Source: Trichosphaerium sp. ATCC 40318 (taxonomy: Eukaryota > Protista > Tubulinea). From it: a stretch of DNA of 64,000 nucleotides. The stretch lies in contig JALMLS010000373.1 in NCBI GenBank assembly GCA_038496445.1, positions 76,179 to 140,178 of the forward strand. Reading direction: 5' to 3'. Below the pieces are notes generated by a model. The model ran no database searches and was not told the DNA's origin. It saw only the letters and a program-made list of their open reading frames with translations. Shown here piece after piece: positions 13,330 to 28,500 of the stretch; within the stretch, counting starts at the first letter, position 1; each line of letters begins with the position of its first letter. The position numbers and the translations under genes were made by a program.

Positions 13330-16300
13330 TTACGTCCTCGGATTAGTGCCCTTCCTGGGTAGTACTATTTGTGTTAAGTAGTACAAGTGGTGTCGCAGGT
13401 AATCAACAGCAGATTCAGATAAGTTTTTACAGTGGAGAAGGACCAGTACTTTCAAGTGTTTTAGGGCTGATATGTCGAATAAAGCTTCATCTAGAACAAA
13501 GCATCAGCTACAAAACCACACTCAGGCAAAAATAAAAAACACGTACCGGTTAAGCCACAATCTGATACATTAAGGTGTACAAGATTTCTATTGAACAACG
13601 TCATTTTGGTTATAGTTTCATTTGTAATTGGTAGAGAAGCTACAGATAATGTCTTTATACCCTTTAGGTGAGGTAGTATCGATAGTAAAAGCTAACAAAG
13701 TTGGTTAGTAACCAGTCCATGTGAAAACCAACAGCGAATATTGAAAAAAAAATAACCCAAAGCTTACGCTCTCTGACTTTATCCCTCTACAGTCTTCAAT
13801 ATTTAGAGACTCGAGTGTATCGCATTGTGATAATACAAGATCGAAAACTGATTCACTGGTTGCGTTCTAATCACGTGTTTAGACACGTGCGTAGCAAATT
13901 AATCAAAGTGTACGTACTGTAAAAGAAAGGTCTATTTTTGAAATGCAACTAAAGTTCTTTGCAATATGACTTAGTCCAGCTCCCTTGATTCCTTTGCATC
14001 CTTTGAGATCAAGTGTTTTCAACGTAGTTCCTGATTGCATAGATAAAGCCGATAAACCGGCATCTGACACGCCCATACAAGCACGCAGTGACAAGTGCTC
14101 AACTTTATGCAATTGAGCTATTAATTTCATATGACTGACGTTACTGACACTAAGTCCTTTTGCAGTTAAATGTGTTAAACCAGGAGCTATGGCCGCTAGT
14201 GCGGTAAATCCGATATCTGTTATACGTTTACTGTCAGTGTGAAGCTGTACTAGATGCTCGAACTTGGATATTAGATTAAAATACCTAGTAACAAACATAA
14301 GCAAGAAAAGAATTAATTCAAAAATAGCCTGTACTTGTCATCAAGCAAAAAGCAACCCCGTAAGTCTAGTATAGTCAAACTACTTTTCAGTGACACACAA
14401 CATTCTAGAAATACGCTATTTGATGCTCTTGTACCAGTGAAAGTCAATATTTCAAGATTTGTGCACTTTTTAAGTTCACGAAAGCATTTATCTTGAGGGG
14501 CGTGTATTTCTAGCTCAATCAAATTTTCACTACAGTTTCTCAACACATCCACAATTTCACCATCACGATTGCATCCCATTGTCTTTAAGGAGGTGAGTTT
14601 ACCCAAGTGAGAAGCAAACTGTTCAATCGTGGATTGTTGAACACTTGAGCAACCACTTAGATCCAGGCTTTGAAGGCTGAAAGAAAGAAAAAATTAGGAA
14701 AACAAACATTCGTAAAAAAAAAAAAGATGTCAACACATGACAAAGTACATGTATTGTTTCTTACCTTGTAAGGCTTTCAATATTCTTATATATTATTTGT
14801 CCTTGAAGATCAGAGCAACCAGAAACATCTAATCCATTCAAAGTGCTTACATGTTTCATTACTTCCGTAAATACGCGATTGACCATTAAATTGCTTAGTT
14901 TTAGTGTTGATAGTTTTTGGCACTTTGAGCGTAATAATGTTGTTAGTCTTGCTGATTTTGGAAGTAAATCAAGTATAACAGGCAATGAATCATGAAGGAG
15001 CTGCATTTCAAGTTTTTCACCACCGTATGTACACTCTAGAGCATAGACTTCACAGTACCGTTGTGTGGCGTTCATACGCTCTAACTTTACTTTGAGTTGA
15101 CTCTTGATAAGCTTTTTGGAGCCTAGAGAAAATGACTTAGAAAAAAAAAAGAAAAAAAAGAGAAAGAGAGAAAAGAACGTGCGTACCCATTGTGTGTTTG
15201 CCTATCCTCTCAATCTTTTCGTGAACAGCTTCTGAATACTTTAAACTTGCTTTAGCATATAACATGAGTGTAGTAAAATGTACAGCTTCAGTTTTTGCAT
15301 CTATAAAAGAGAAAGAAATAGTGAGATGCTAGAACTTTCTTTTGTTTTTGTTTACCTTTTTTCTTTGCAACAGATGTTGTAGCGTATATAGCTTGACACA
15401 AAAGCATAGCACCCTTTAAATACTTTGTGATTCTTTCTACGTCGCATAAAGGGTTGACTGCTATTTAAAACATTAACAATTAATAAAACTGCAACAGCAA
15501 CAAGAATGTACCTTTAGTATACAACATTTGAGCTTTTTTCAAAACAACGTCAACATATTCCAATTTTTTTCTTATAGCTTGCTTGTATGCTTGTTCAGCA
15601 CGTCTGAATAGACTAACCATCTGAGTAAAATGATGAGTTATACTCATTACGTAATGATAAATAATACATCGATTCTACAAAACATGTGTACCTCACGGCA
15701 TTCTGAGCTTGTCATTGCTCTTAGCAAATAAACATCACCAAGCTTTCGTGCACATTCATGAAACTCTTTGTTAATCGAGAATGATGTTTCTAACTTCTCA
15801 CAAGCGAGTTTAAGAGTTTCATTGTACGTCTTTACATCTAGTTTAATGACCTTTGACAATTTTTTGAGGGCACTAAAATGGGAGAATTAGGTTGACTTTT
15901 TTAACAAAGAAAAAGTGTCTTTTGTCGTACCGTCCCCAATGATAAAACGCCAGAAAGTTATGGGATAGCGATGCACAGGCTAAATGGTATTAGTATATGC
16001 AAACCAAGCATACAAATAGTAGTAGAGAGTACCGGTAGCAAACTTTTTTATGGCGAGTTTAAGTAACCTTGTTTTCGTTTTAAGTTCTCTTTTACCAGCC
16101 ATTAACATTAGAGAAACACCTTCAGCTTCATCCAGAACGTTCGTAAATCGTACTTTAGGTTCTACAGTAGCGATATCACAATAAACAAATCCAAAAGAAG
16201 CAGGGTCAGAGTCAATTTCTTGCTGTGCTTCTTCAGATAATTTTATACCAAGCATGCTCTGAAGTCTTCTGAAAAGAAGCTGTATATCTATTGCACGGAG

Positions 16301-18979
16301 GAAAATCTTATTGTCATTTCTCTCCCTGGTACTAAAACATTCGTGAAACTTAGATTCCATCTTGTCTTTTATCATTGTCCACCATGAATCAGATTTTTTG
16401 TTCTTTTGTGTAATATTTCTAAAGTTGCTCGTAATTATTTCTTTTACCTGTAAAAAAACCACTCAGTCAAACTTGCCACGTGCAAGGAGAAATATAAAAA
16501 CAACGGAAAAAGCCTGAAAAAACATTGAAATGGTGATTATACTAGTTCCTGTCTCCTTTAAACTAAATCATGCGCTGACATTGTCAAAACAAAATTTAGG
16601 GACATTTTGAATGCATGTTTAACTTACAAGGAACACATAATAAAAGGCTGTCTGCTTTTTTGATAACATATAAACAAGTGGTTGTTGAAAATGTGGTACG
16701 TACTTGTTCTTTTGATAGGTAATTTCTCAATGCCATATCTTCTCTTAGTTCTTTACGTATAACATTTTTAATAGTTCTCGCAGTCATTTCTGTCATAAGT
16801 ATTGTCTGTAACGATCGTTTGATGACATGTTGGCGTAGTATACCAATCAACCTTATATTTATACCTTCGCGGTGTATACGCTCTATCAATGCAATATCAT
16901 TAAAGACTTTATACAATCTAACATTCGACCCAAATCTTTTCATTTGTTCATCAAGTGTTCTTGCGAACTTAGGAACAGTTTTTCTCCACAGCCTTGTTAA
17001 AAAGATATAGCATTAGTACGGCTAACCACTGTAATTTTTTTAATATGTACTGTTTAGTGGCATCAAATACATCTTGTTCATGCTTAGTTTTATCGTTATC
17101 TGAAGAATCCCATTTTGTATAAGCATCAGAACACAAAGAAACCTGTTTTAATTAGGTACGGTACCACTCTAGGACATGTGTAGTACCTTATTATTAAGTA
17201 CGAGTTCTGGTCTTAGCATTTTGTAGAAAACTGCACGACGTGCACTTGGTGTAATACGTCTATGTGAAGGTAAACATGTAATATTTTTTGATACTTTTTT
17301 TTAGAGCGCTTACTGTCCTTGCTTTCGTATTGGTGCTTCACATGGGAATACACGTGCCAAGTCTATACAATATATACGCCCATCTAGTCCTTTATGGACT
17401 TCTTGATCTCCAGGACCATAAATGTTAACACCATTTATCTTATGGGAACAAAGGTTAAGCCTACTACCAACAACACGCATAGTATGATTAATTTCTTCAT
17501 TCTTTGCATGAACAGTTTCACCTCCGTCTGCACTAATGTAATTTTAAGTTCTAGATATCAAGGATCGCATCAGAAAAGCATATTTACCTGCCATACTCAA
17601 GAGTTGTAGGATTTATTGGAAGCAATGATTGTGCAATTAGGCGAAAGCCTTTGTAATCAATGAGCACCTTTTTATAGAGCGTAAACCATTGGAATATTGA
17701 ATATAAAAGTATGTACCATAAGTGGGAAATGGAGGTCAGGTATACGTAATGATGAAAAGTGCATCAAACCTTTCATTTCATGTGAACCGACTAAGCAAGC
17801 AAGTAAGAAAAAAATAAGAATTATCACAATTTTTAGAACCTTTCATTGCATTTTCGTCATTTCTAGTTCGACCACCGTACATCCACAATGGTTTTTTAGT
17901 TAATTCTACATCCATTGCGAACTATTAAAATATGTCAGACTAAAAAATCCGTGATACCATGTGGTACATACCTTGAACAGAATGTTTCTATAAATATACT
18001 TTGTGCCACCTAAATTTGATTAGTCTGTTTTGTTTTGTAAACGACTGACCTGCTAGTCCTCCTATTTTAATTGGTTCTATAGTTTTCTCCGCTTGATAAA
18101 GTTCTGATATTATTATCTTCGCAGATATTGTAGCTAAAATACGTTAACACTACAACAAGCTAACAAAGAGAAAATTTGTAAACTTAAAAAAAATGTACCA
18201 ACATAAAGAAAGTCGTTTGCTAAATGTCTCAACTTGGAGAATTTACTATCCGTATCTGGCTTGTCTAATAGATACTGATACTCCTTATTCCAGTTTTTGT
18301 GTTCCATATCTATACTATCTTGCACTGAAAAACACAAATTAACTTCAAAGTACAAGTTGTTTTCTAAAACCAATGCACACTTTCAGCTCTTGACAGACTA
18401 AAATCATCTTCTAGTGGGCTGTACGACGGATATGTAAGCTTGTCGTTAGGCTAAATACATTAGAGTGAGTATTGTGATGCCGTAAACGCCTGTTTGAAGA
18501 CATGTGGTCAAAGAGTCTTGCTGTCAATTGTTTTGGAGTTAACGTACATCAGAGTTCGTCAAGCGATCGCTGTAACCATCGGTAGATACGACAGGCGTTG
18601 TATATATGCTGCTGTTGTCGTCGTCTGAACTTTCGTCGAGGTACTACCCGAAAAATTTGTATGTACGCTTTCTTTCGTACGTACTGTTGAGTATTTACCT
18701 CTAGACTTTGTATTTCGTGCTATAAACCCCAAATCCTCTAAAACGCTGTTGTTATATCTGACATTTACGCCTATGTATTATACCTTGCCCTACAATGCGC
18801 GCAGCGCTACTAGTGAGTATTTTGCGATCATTCCTTTCGATCAATCCCGTGTACCCATCAATAGTTCCACTGGGCGAAGACAGCGGTTTAGATGGATCAG
18901 TTAGTATAGTTTGCATCACAGAAGGAAATAATGGCGCTTGCTGATCAACAACAATATCTTCTTGGTCGTTGATCGCCAT
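13330..18979 (-). CDS. CLU-domain protein with TPR-like region and C-terminal leucine-rich repeats
   Basis: KLRHLANDFLY..AKIIISE, GSHEMKGL, IDYKGFRLIAQSLLPI, GLDGRIYCIDLARVFP, IHREGINIRLIG (CLU); repeated LxxLDLxGCxxI LRRs at 13330-15075. Confidence 0.85.
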
Positions 18980-19536
18980 TGTGGCGCTTGTAGTTTAAAA
19001 TAAAACGAATAACGGCTTAAATACGGTAATTTTTTTGGACTAGACGCAACGCATAAAAATGATATTCAAGCCATAAAATTGAGCGGTGGGACAAGGGTTT
19101 ATACCATCTCAAGTGCCGATTTACGAAATGTCTCGTCACGGGTGAACAGTTCCTTGTAATTCGAAAAACACGTGTAATTTAATTTAAAGCTGCACAATTG
19201 CATTAACCAGGGACAACATCCACAATCACAAGAAGCGAAAATACAGTTGATAGCACGCACATTGATTGTATAACAATCTTTTAGCTGCTGGTGTGGTAAC
19301 CACTTAAGTTACACGTGCCTTCCACAAAATGTGCATTGTTTCAGGTACCTTGAACCTCTACACATGACCACCACGTTTTGGCAAACCAGGCTACTAATAC
19401 TCGCTAGGGCAGTCTTGGATACATTTACCTTCCCAACAGTAGTATCAGATTCTGATCAGACGTTCTCTAAAAAGTCAAATCCAATCTCGGTAATTTGTTA
19501 CTTGAATACAAGCAACGCATAAATTGAAGCTTAGAA

Positions 19537-22500
19537 ATGCTTAGTAACCTCCCGTTAGAACTTAAATTTAACATCGCATTGCTAATAACGGATATACAAA
19601 CGTTGGGCAGGCTAGAGTGCGTATCATACGAGTTTTCTATAATAGTAGATACAACGTGGAGTATTGTAGCGCGAAAACGTGTTGGTCCATCCAACAAAGG
19701 TACGATGAACTTAATATTCTGTTAAGTGAAACAGTCAAACGTTTTGACTTGTTTTGTAAAATTTAAGGTTCAAAGTGGACAAAACAAGGTCTAAAACAAG
19801 CATTGAAACAAGTAGATGAACACAAAAAGAGTGGTGTTAAGCCGCTTTTAAAATGGGTAGCTGAGACAGGATACACGTGCGGTTTATTTTTGTTATTTTG
19901 AAAAAAATAGTGGTGAGTCATCATTTGTTTTACTCAAAGACGTGTAGAGAGGCTGTCAAAGCTATCTTGGAGAAGCGATCACTAACCAAAGATGCTGCTG
20001 AAGCTGCTGCAACTAATGACGGAACTTCTGGCATCAGCCCTGTGATCAGAGGTAACACTTTCCCCAGACGTGTTTGTTGATATCCGGGTTTGTTTCTCAT
20101 TCGTTTTTTCGAATAGCTGCATTTGGTGGTTGTCTGGATGCTATTCAATACTTTGTTGAAGAGCTTGGTGTTAACGTCGATTTACTCTCCGGTTCGTACA
20201 CCGTATTTGGCGCAATCCCTGGCGTTCCGTGTTCTGGCTCTCAAGCTGTACGTTTGTTGATTTATACTTTTGTGTCTACACCGTGCTCACCACAGTAGAT
20301 GTCCAGTCAGCATATCACTCCTCTTATCGCTGCCGAGCGCCATATTCACGTTATGGTACTCTACTCTTATTCCAAAGAAGAAGAAACTTCAACTCACATA
20401 ATCATAGGAATATCTTCTTTCAAAGGGCGCTTATGTTGATGCCGTTGAGTCTTGTGGGTACACTCCTTTGATGTTAGCATCACAGGGAGAGCGTATTGAG
20501 ATAGTTAATATGTTAGTCGAGCATGGAGCAAACTTAAACCATGTTAACAAAGGTACACCTAAACAGCTAAAGTTTACTTCATTCTTATTCTCTGTACAAG
20601 TTCAAGGAAACTCTACTTGCCTGCATAAGGCAATCAAGCATAAAAAGGAAGCCAGTATCAGAGCTTTATTAAAGCATGGTGCTAGCACGTCATTGGTTAA
20701 TAAACGCAATGAGACACCATTGGCGTATGCTATTTTAAGAAAAGCAACTAATATTGTGGAGATATTGCTGGAGTAAGTTATTGTTGGTACAATAGATATC
20801 TTGTTAACAATAATTCTTTAGGTCTGGATGTGATACAACAAATGTACCTCGTAAATACTTTAACTCAATTATAGCAATGGCCCTGTTTGCTGGTACGTGT
20901 ACTTTATACAAATTAAAAAACCTAAAGTTGTTAATTTTTTTGGCTTGGCTATTTCACTTTTATGAGAGTCTTACCACACTTAGGAAATGCAACAATATTT
21001 GAAACGGTTATTAAACATGTTCCTCTAACTGATGATGAAATAATTAAGACCGTACACATTGCAGTTGCTCTGAACAAAGTCAATCAACTTGAATCGCTTC
21101 CACAATTTAAAAAGTTCTTTTGTCACACTTTCGATGGTGTTACACCATTTGAGCGTTCCCTAATAAGACAGGCTGACGATATGATGTTATTGGAGAATAC
21201 CCATGAAAAGTCTCCGTTAGCATTCGAACTAGGTATTTCTTTGTTTTATCAAGCAATAGTTTTTTATTGTATTTTTGTATTATTGTGGTATTTGACCGTC
21301 TTGTATTTAGCCTGCTTGTTTGGTAACGGAATAGAGAGTGACACATCCTTTGGTATTGATGAAAAGGCTACTATTAAACAAATGAGAGATCTTTCGAAGA
21401 AATGGTGCAAAGCACACTACAAAGGTAATTGTATTTTTGGATTGTAATGACAGGTTTCTTTAAAGACAAGCTGTAAGCTTTATTTAGTTAACATGTGAAC
21501 TAGTAAGCATTCCAGAAGTATACACAGGATTAGAACGAGTCGATGAAAAGTTGCTTTCCATATTGTACGTGGTACTGCACAAGGACCCATTTCTGTTCTT
21601 CTGATGATGCTACTAAATCTCAATGTAATTTAATTACCCAGGAGAGCCATGAACAAGAATATGAACATAGCCTCTATGTGGAAAGGTCCAAACCATTGCG
21701 GTAAAAGGCATTTTGTAAAACATATGGGTAAGTACAAATGATTTCTTTTACCTGTAAACTAATACAACTTTTTGTTTAGGTGAAGAATATGGTCGCAAGA
21801 TAGTTGAACTTGACATGAGATTAATAGTTCCTATTATCAAGAACGACCATGTAGAAGGGGTATGTGGGTGTTTAGGAATAAGATATTGGCATAAAGACCT
21901 TTATAATTGTTGATGTAGCTGATGAGAGCGTCAAGAAGTATTTATAACTTGTGGGCAATATGGAAGGCATCTGACAAAAAACCAAGTACAAAAGTTGTGT
22001 AGATCAAACTATTTCCGACAGGTTTTCTGAAAACCTACTTTAGCTTCCAATTGTTATGATTTTTCTAACTGCTTTTGAAGCTATCTTCTACATTTATCAT
22101 ATCGATGAATTACTTGATCAAATCGATGTAATCCTTCATGTAAGATCACTTACCTTTTTGATATACCATACACGTGGACTTCTGTACTAAGGCTAAGAAA
22201 ATAATAGAAGCTTTCAAAAGACAGAAAAAACACTTTAGGAGGCACCACTAGGAGTTGTATTGGTCTAAGTATTGCCAATACAATAGGTATTAGTTTTACA
22301 AGTTATTGTTCTATTTAATCACCGTTTTAGATCAATTTCAAGCAGTACACTCCCAAAATGCTTGGGTACGAATAGTTCACTATCTTTTTTGTTAGGCATT
22401 AATACCTATTCTTTTTAGGTTATCGTTGCTTCTAATCACCCTGAAGTAACTTCACACTGTAGCCTTAAAAGAAGGTTTTGGGGGTACAACTTTAGCACAT

Positions 22501-23125
22501 ACAAATAAAAATAATATCATGTAGTACTGGTGTGATAGGCACTGACGTGACTTTTGATAAGCATATTGTTGAAGAACAAAAAGCTGAATTTGTTTCTAAC
22601 CTTTTCGATGCTATTAACATTAAATGTACTCATTCTATGATTATTTACACCAAACTAAATCGCTCTATTAGGTGAACACGAAGCCCTGTTGTTAATCTTA
22701 GAGACAGAGTTCAGGGTGTAAGTGAGGTTGTTGATATAAGTTTGTGTAACTAAGTTTTTAGGTGTGAGCTCAAACGTGCTGTCCGTAAGGCTGGTATATT
22801 GTCTAAACTGGAAAACAAAGATTTGGTAACTACAGAGATAATGAAGCGAGTGATACACTATGTAACAACCCAAAATAATTGCAACGAAATCTACAAATAC
22901 TACAATTCTGATAGCTTCGCATAACACAAAAACACCTTTCTGTCCTTTTGTTGTACACTAATAAAGCTCATCCTCCAGTATCTTACTGGCTTGGAGGCTA
23001 AAGAAGTATTGCATGTATTTACCTCTTTAATTGGTTACTATAATTTCTTCAACATTAAGCATTTCTGATTTCGCCCTATTTTCTTAGCTGTGGTTAACCA
23101 CTTGCAAATTTCTGCAACTGTCTGA
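19537..23125 (+). CDS. F-box-like + ankyrin repeat + degenerate AAA/P-loop protein
   Basis: MLSNLPLELKFNIA (F-box-like); TPLMLASQGE, TCLHKAI, ETPLAYA (ankyrins); GPNHCGK, IYHIDELL and VIVASNHP..LKRRF. 3' end approximate. Confidence 0.65.
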
Positions 23126-23666
23126 GCCAAAACCAGACCAAAAACTCATCTATATATAATGTTCCTAAACTGCGTACATAAAAATACAAGACAAGGACGT
23201 TCTGTTTTTCTGTGAAGCAAAAACTCGAGAGGCGAGTTCACTACTTGGTAATTACTCATGAAGCGAAGTTCTCCATCAAGAGTTTTTACAGCTTGAAGGC
23301 TGGCACTGTACGAATACCGTGACTTAATGAGTTCAACAAGTTTAGAAGTTTTTTAGACTTTAAACCGGCCTGTGTTACATCTATTTCTAGAGTGCATATG
23401 GGCCAAAGAGGTTGAGTTTTTGCTGCAGCATAATTTTTTTTTTTTTTTTGTTGTTCGACTATGGTGACCGTACGGACAGTATCGGTGACAAAGTCGTAAT
23501 TTTTTTTAATACACCGCTAAGCAGTGCCCACAATGAACGTCTTCAAATTGTGGGGGGACGTCTCCCTTAGTTGCAATAGTTAAGTCAGACGCTTTTTATA
23601 CGCGCTTCAGAAACAAGTTTTTTTATTGTGGTGTGCACGGAAACCCCACAAACACTCGTTTTAGTA

Positions 23667-25402
23667 ATGTCTCGCTACATACATCTTAAATTGTCGCAAA
23701 ATCACTACCGTGCAGGGCTGTGCAATCAAAACTTTCGCAATGGTCAATTTTCGTTGCTAAAGTAGCAAAGGTAAGGTTTTTATGGTAAACAAACTATTTG
23801 TAGAGGAACAAGTGGTGAAATTATACTTTTGCAAGTCCAATACTAGCTTCAACACTATATTAACAATAGCAACTTCCAAGTCATCTAACCCTCTCGAAAC
23901 TCCTTTTTTCCTTTACAATGTTGCTTTCTTACGATAAATCTTCGATCTTGCGATTGACTCAGACTACAGAGTCAATCCGTAGATGAGTAAGCTAGAGCAT
24001 ACCCTGCTTTCCCTACACCCTTGAGATTACAGGTATCAGTTCCAGTCCAACGCCTTGTACTCAGACTTGCATGTTAAGCTTCTTATTGAGCGAGTGATTT
24101 CGCTAGTATCTTGCTATTGGCGCTGGTGATACGCTAGATGATTTTATTGTAGTATTACAACACTCTGAAGGCTTTAAATGGCTTGTTAAAAACTACAAAC
24201 GTGAAGCGCAAGATTTGTACTGCGAGTACACCAATCTAGATACTCCAAGCGCAAATAAATACCTTGAAGTGGTACGAAATGTTAACATGTCTCTCAGAGA
24301 TTTCTACAAAAGTTACTTTTTTTTTGTGTTTTTTTGACCTTGTTTTAAGCTCAGCGAAGCCCTTATGTGTTGCGATTACCTAGACTTCAAATTTGAAATT
24401 GCGAACAAGCCTGCAAGTGTTTTACAAATAGTACAAGGGGATGCTTGTAACAATCTGTTAGTTTGGGAATACGGATTTACTTTTGAAATCAAGTTAAAGT
24501 ATGAACAAAACAAAGTTTTGAACAAAGCATACAACGGCAGTTACGTTTCACTAAAATGTCATTTTAACACTAACTGTCATCAATAGTATACAGCGATGGC
24601 ACAGGGAGCTGTATAGTCCACATTAAGGGATACAATGTAGAACTTAACTCTGCTTTTACAGATTTGGCATATGTCAGTCCAGAAGCAGCTTTTGCTGTAG
24701 CTCGAGCTATATTGTGCTACGGAATATCAAAGCAATTCATTCAACTAAAACCTATTGTTATTGAACAGCTCTCTCCATACTGGGCTGAAGTTTCTATTGG
24801 TGATATCATTGAAGAGCTCGATGTTACACCAAAACAAGTAGCAAATATCATTCAAGAGTTAGCAATTTGTCTAATGCATTATTCAACATATCGTAAGTTT
24901 GAGTGCTTTATAAACACTATTGGGAGTTGGAGAAAAGATGTGGTACTAGAAATGAAATGTTCTTTCTTTGACAGGCTAGCACAAGTAAACAATGGAATTA
25001 GCTCCAAATCACTTATCAAACACATCAACTACTATCGCCTTGTTGTAACAGGTATACCAATACCTACTCTTTGGAACATTGTAAAGAATGTGCCCCAGTC
25101 AGTTACCCACAATTCAACGTGTTTTAAGCGCTATAAAGTAAGTGACTTTTTACTTCCATGTTTCTTACTTTATTCTTGCTAGGTATGGTATTCTGGGTGG
25201 ACACAGATATGTCACTAACAATACACTTATAGCTTATGAAGATACAACTATTGAGAAAGAAAAGGAACATGATATGGACCTTCAAAAATCCCAGATAGAC
25301 GAACCGCCTATTAAAAATGAGAAAAAGGCGTTTACAGTTGTTCATGCTGGCTGGCGAGTAAAATGGCGTCAAAAGAAACACAATTATGACATTAGATTAT
25401 AA
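23667..25402 (+). CDS. Hypothetical multi-exon protein
   Basis: Consecutive plus-strand ORF fragments (24365-25402) with gtac/tag intron signals; no recognisable motif; start uncertain. Confidence 0.4.
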
Positions 25403-25503
25403 ACTACCAGATCTCTAACTACAAAGACAACAACAAGTAACAAAAAAATGTGACAACAACTAAACACGTGGGTTTGAATATAAAAAAAATTTTGTTTTAC
25501 TTT

Positions 25504-28500
25504 TTATTCATCTTTTTTAATTTTATCAGCTATCTTCCTTGTAATAGCTTCAATATCAGCAAGCTCTTCAGCATCAAAATCACCGTCAGCATCAGCATCT
25601 TTAATATCTTCAACAACACTCTTCCTCTCTGCCTCAATAACATCTTCATCGCCTTCAAACCTCTCCTCATTGAAGTAAATAGAACGAGCTTCTTCCTCTG
25701 TTAACTCTCCACTATCAATCTTAGATGAAAGAACACTCTTCTTGGCTTCATCCAAATTCTTTTCTCTCATAGCCTTCTTATCTATATTGTACTGCCTCTG
25801 TACTGCCTTTCTTGTTACCTTACCACCACTCATCTTAACACGATAAACAGCAGCTTGCTTAGGAGATAGGTTCTTCAACATGTAATCATCTTCGAAATCT
25901 TCAGGTGATTTACCTTGAACATACCCATCAATGAGTTCTTCATCCTTCTGATCAACATATCTATTATAAGCTTCAACCTCAGCCATAGTCTTTGCATCTT
26001 CTTCTTCTGTTGCAACAGAAGGTAGCTCTGAATAATGTCTACCCTCTTGATCAATATTAAGCATCTCAAAGGCCTTTGTATCCTCAAGAAGCTCCAAAGC
26101 ATTTGAGTTTTCAATATCAACAGGAGGTTCAGGCTCTCCTCTATCTTCTTCATCGAGAATACCTTCCTTAACAGCTTCATCTTCCAATTCTTTGTATGAC
26201 TTATCATAAACATCAATTTCCATCAATCTCTCGTAATCCAAGGTGTCTTGAGACTTAACAGCCTCTCCCTTCTCTTCAAGCTCTTCCATCTCCATATCTG
26301 CAAGTTCTCTATCACTTAATTCAAGAGCAGAGTTTTCTCCTCCTCCAAGCTCTTTATTAATGAAGTCAATTTCACCAGCTGAAGATACACGATCCCTCAA
26401 TTCTTGATGTTCAGCTTCTCTTAGTTCCTTCAATCTAGCATCTTCTACACGTTGAGCGTATTGTTGATCCTTATTATAACGCTATAGAGGTAAAGAGTAA
26501 GTCAAAAGTGAAGGAGATGTATATACAAACTGAGGAAAAAATAGGAATTAAATTGTTTTTGTTTCAAAAAAAAAAAAAGACGTACAGCAACAAGCCATGG
26601 GTTTTCTTTCTTTTCTGCTTCAGTTAATTGGATAAATGGGTTATTAATACGGAATTGTGATCCCTTATAAGAGAATAGACCCAAGTGACGAGCATGTCGG
26701 ATTTTTGTTGCGACACGTTTTTGATTACTACGAGATAAACCTGGCGAAAGAAAAAAAAAGTCAGTCAAACAGTCAAGGCGATGGGGACGTTGAGCTTTGA
26801 GGATTTTTACATAAATGTTGTAAAGCGTACCTGTTATTTGGCGAGGTAGAATACGACCTGTTTTATTCATAAACCGCGCCAATAGAGCAACATTCTATTT
26901 TGAAAAAATATTAACAACAAAAAGGCGGAACAAAAAAATGAAAAAAAAATTTTAAATCGTACCATAGCATCAAGTGTATAAGAATGTCTCCATCCAGACT
27001 TGAATAAATCTTTACGCTCTACTGTTGGTCTGTGTTTCATAAACTCTTCATATTGTAATGACCTACACAGAAATGGTTAAAATATTTTAACAAAAATGAA
27101 TTCAAAAAAAAAAAACTTACTCATCATCATAGTATTGGACTTCATCTGGAGCTATCCAAGTATGAAATTTACGCTCACCAACGGTTAGCTTATGGTCAAA
27201 CTCCATAAGTTCTAATGGATCAAAAGGACGATCAGGTATCTCACGATCATCTTGATAATCTGCAAGTAAATCTGCTTCTTCTGCTTTTACATCAACAGCA
27301 GTACCGAGAGAAATTGTTTGATCGTTATCTTCCATATTATCTTCATCAGCACCTTCTACATAGCTATCCATTTCTTCCATCTATGCACTAACATTAGTAC
27401 TCACAAATAAAAATAAAAACTCTCACTAAAGCAGCAAACGCATTAAAACATTCGCTTGAAAAAAATTTCATCTCACAAAAAAATTGGGACCACAGAGCAG
27501 GTACTACACAACAAACGATAACCACATCACTTGGTAATGTTTTCACTATGTATATGCACACATATACAGTACTCACAGTTTAAAACAAGAAGATGAAATT
27601 AAAAAAAGAAAATAAACGTACAAGCCAGCGATACGCTTTATCGACTATTTTAGGATTTCTGATAGACCAATCGGATGCAAAGTATGCTGAACGTTCTTGT
27701 ACTTTCTCAATCCTTGCTGCAAGGTCATCCTACACAACAGGTAAGACATCAAAACAACGAAAGGCGAATAAGAAAAGGAAAACAAAGCGTACAAAACTCG
27801 TTGGATTAGTTTCCATGTTTTTCACAACATAGGTACGTAGGCGCTCCATAGCACCGATGGCATGGGCGTCTCTGAGTCTGTCACCTTCCTTACGCACAAT
27901 GGTACCTATTGAGACGTGTCAGGCCGAGAAAAGAACCACGACAAAACGGCAAGGCTGACAAGTGAAAATACAACGAAGTATTGCCTACACCGCGTTTTAG
28001 ACCTACGTACCTCCTTTTATCCCGCCGAGCAATTTATTCCAAAGACTAGCAATTGATTTATCCATCTTCCTCTCTTCGTCAGTACGCTCGTCTAGTGGGA
28101 ACATCTATTGGAAAGTAAGCACGAGTGTAAGGATGATAGAAGGGTAAAACTACTGTAAGTTCAACAATACATCACAGTGGAGCGTATCTTGGTACTGCGA
28201 TAACACCACACTGTCGTTTTTGACGTATTTAGCGAAATTGAAGTAATACGCGTAGTGTAGTTCAAATTTGACTTGCCTTCCTCAATCGCTTGCTTTTTCG
28301 CAGCTTTTGCATGTTTTTTGGTGAGTGCTCTATAATGTCTTCCTTCGGTGGCGCGTATTTATCTTCAAAGTCTTGTAGGTCCTCCATTAGCTTCATTGGT
28401 TTTGGCGCAGGATGAAGCGGCTTGACGATTGGGCCTTCAATATCTTCTGGCTTTGATCGTACGGGCTTGAACAAAGGTGTATATTCGTTTATAGGCTCTC

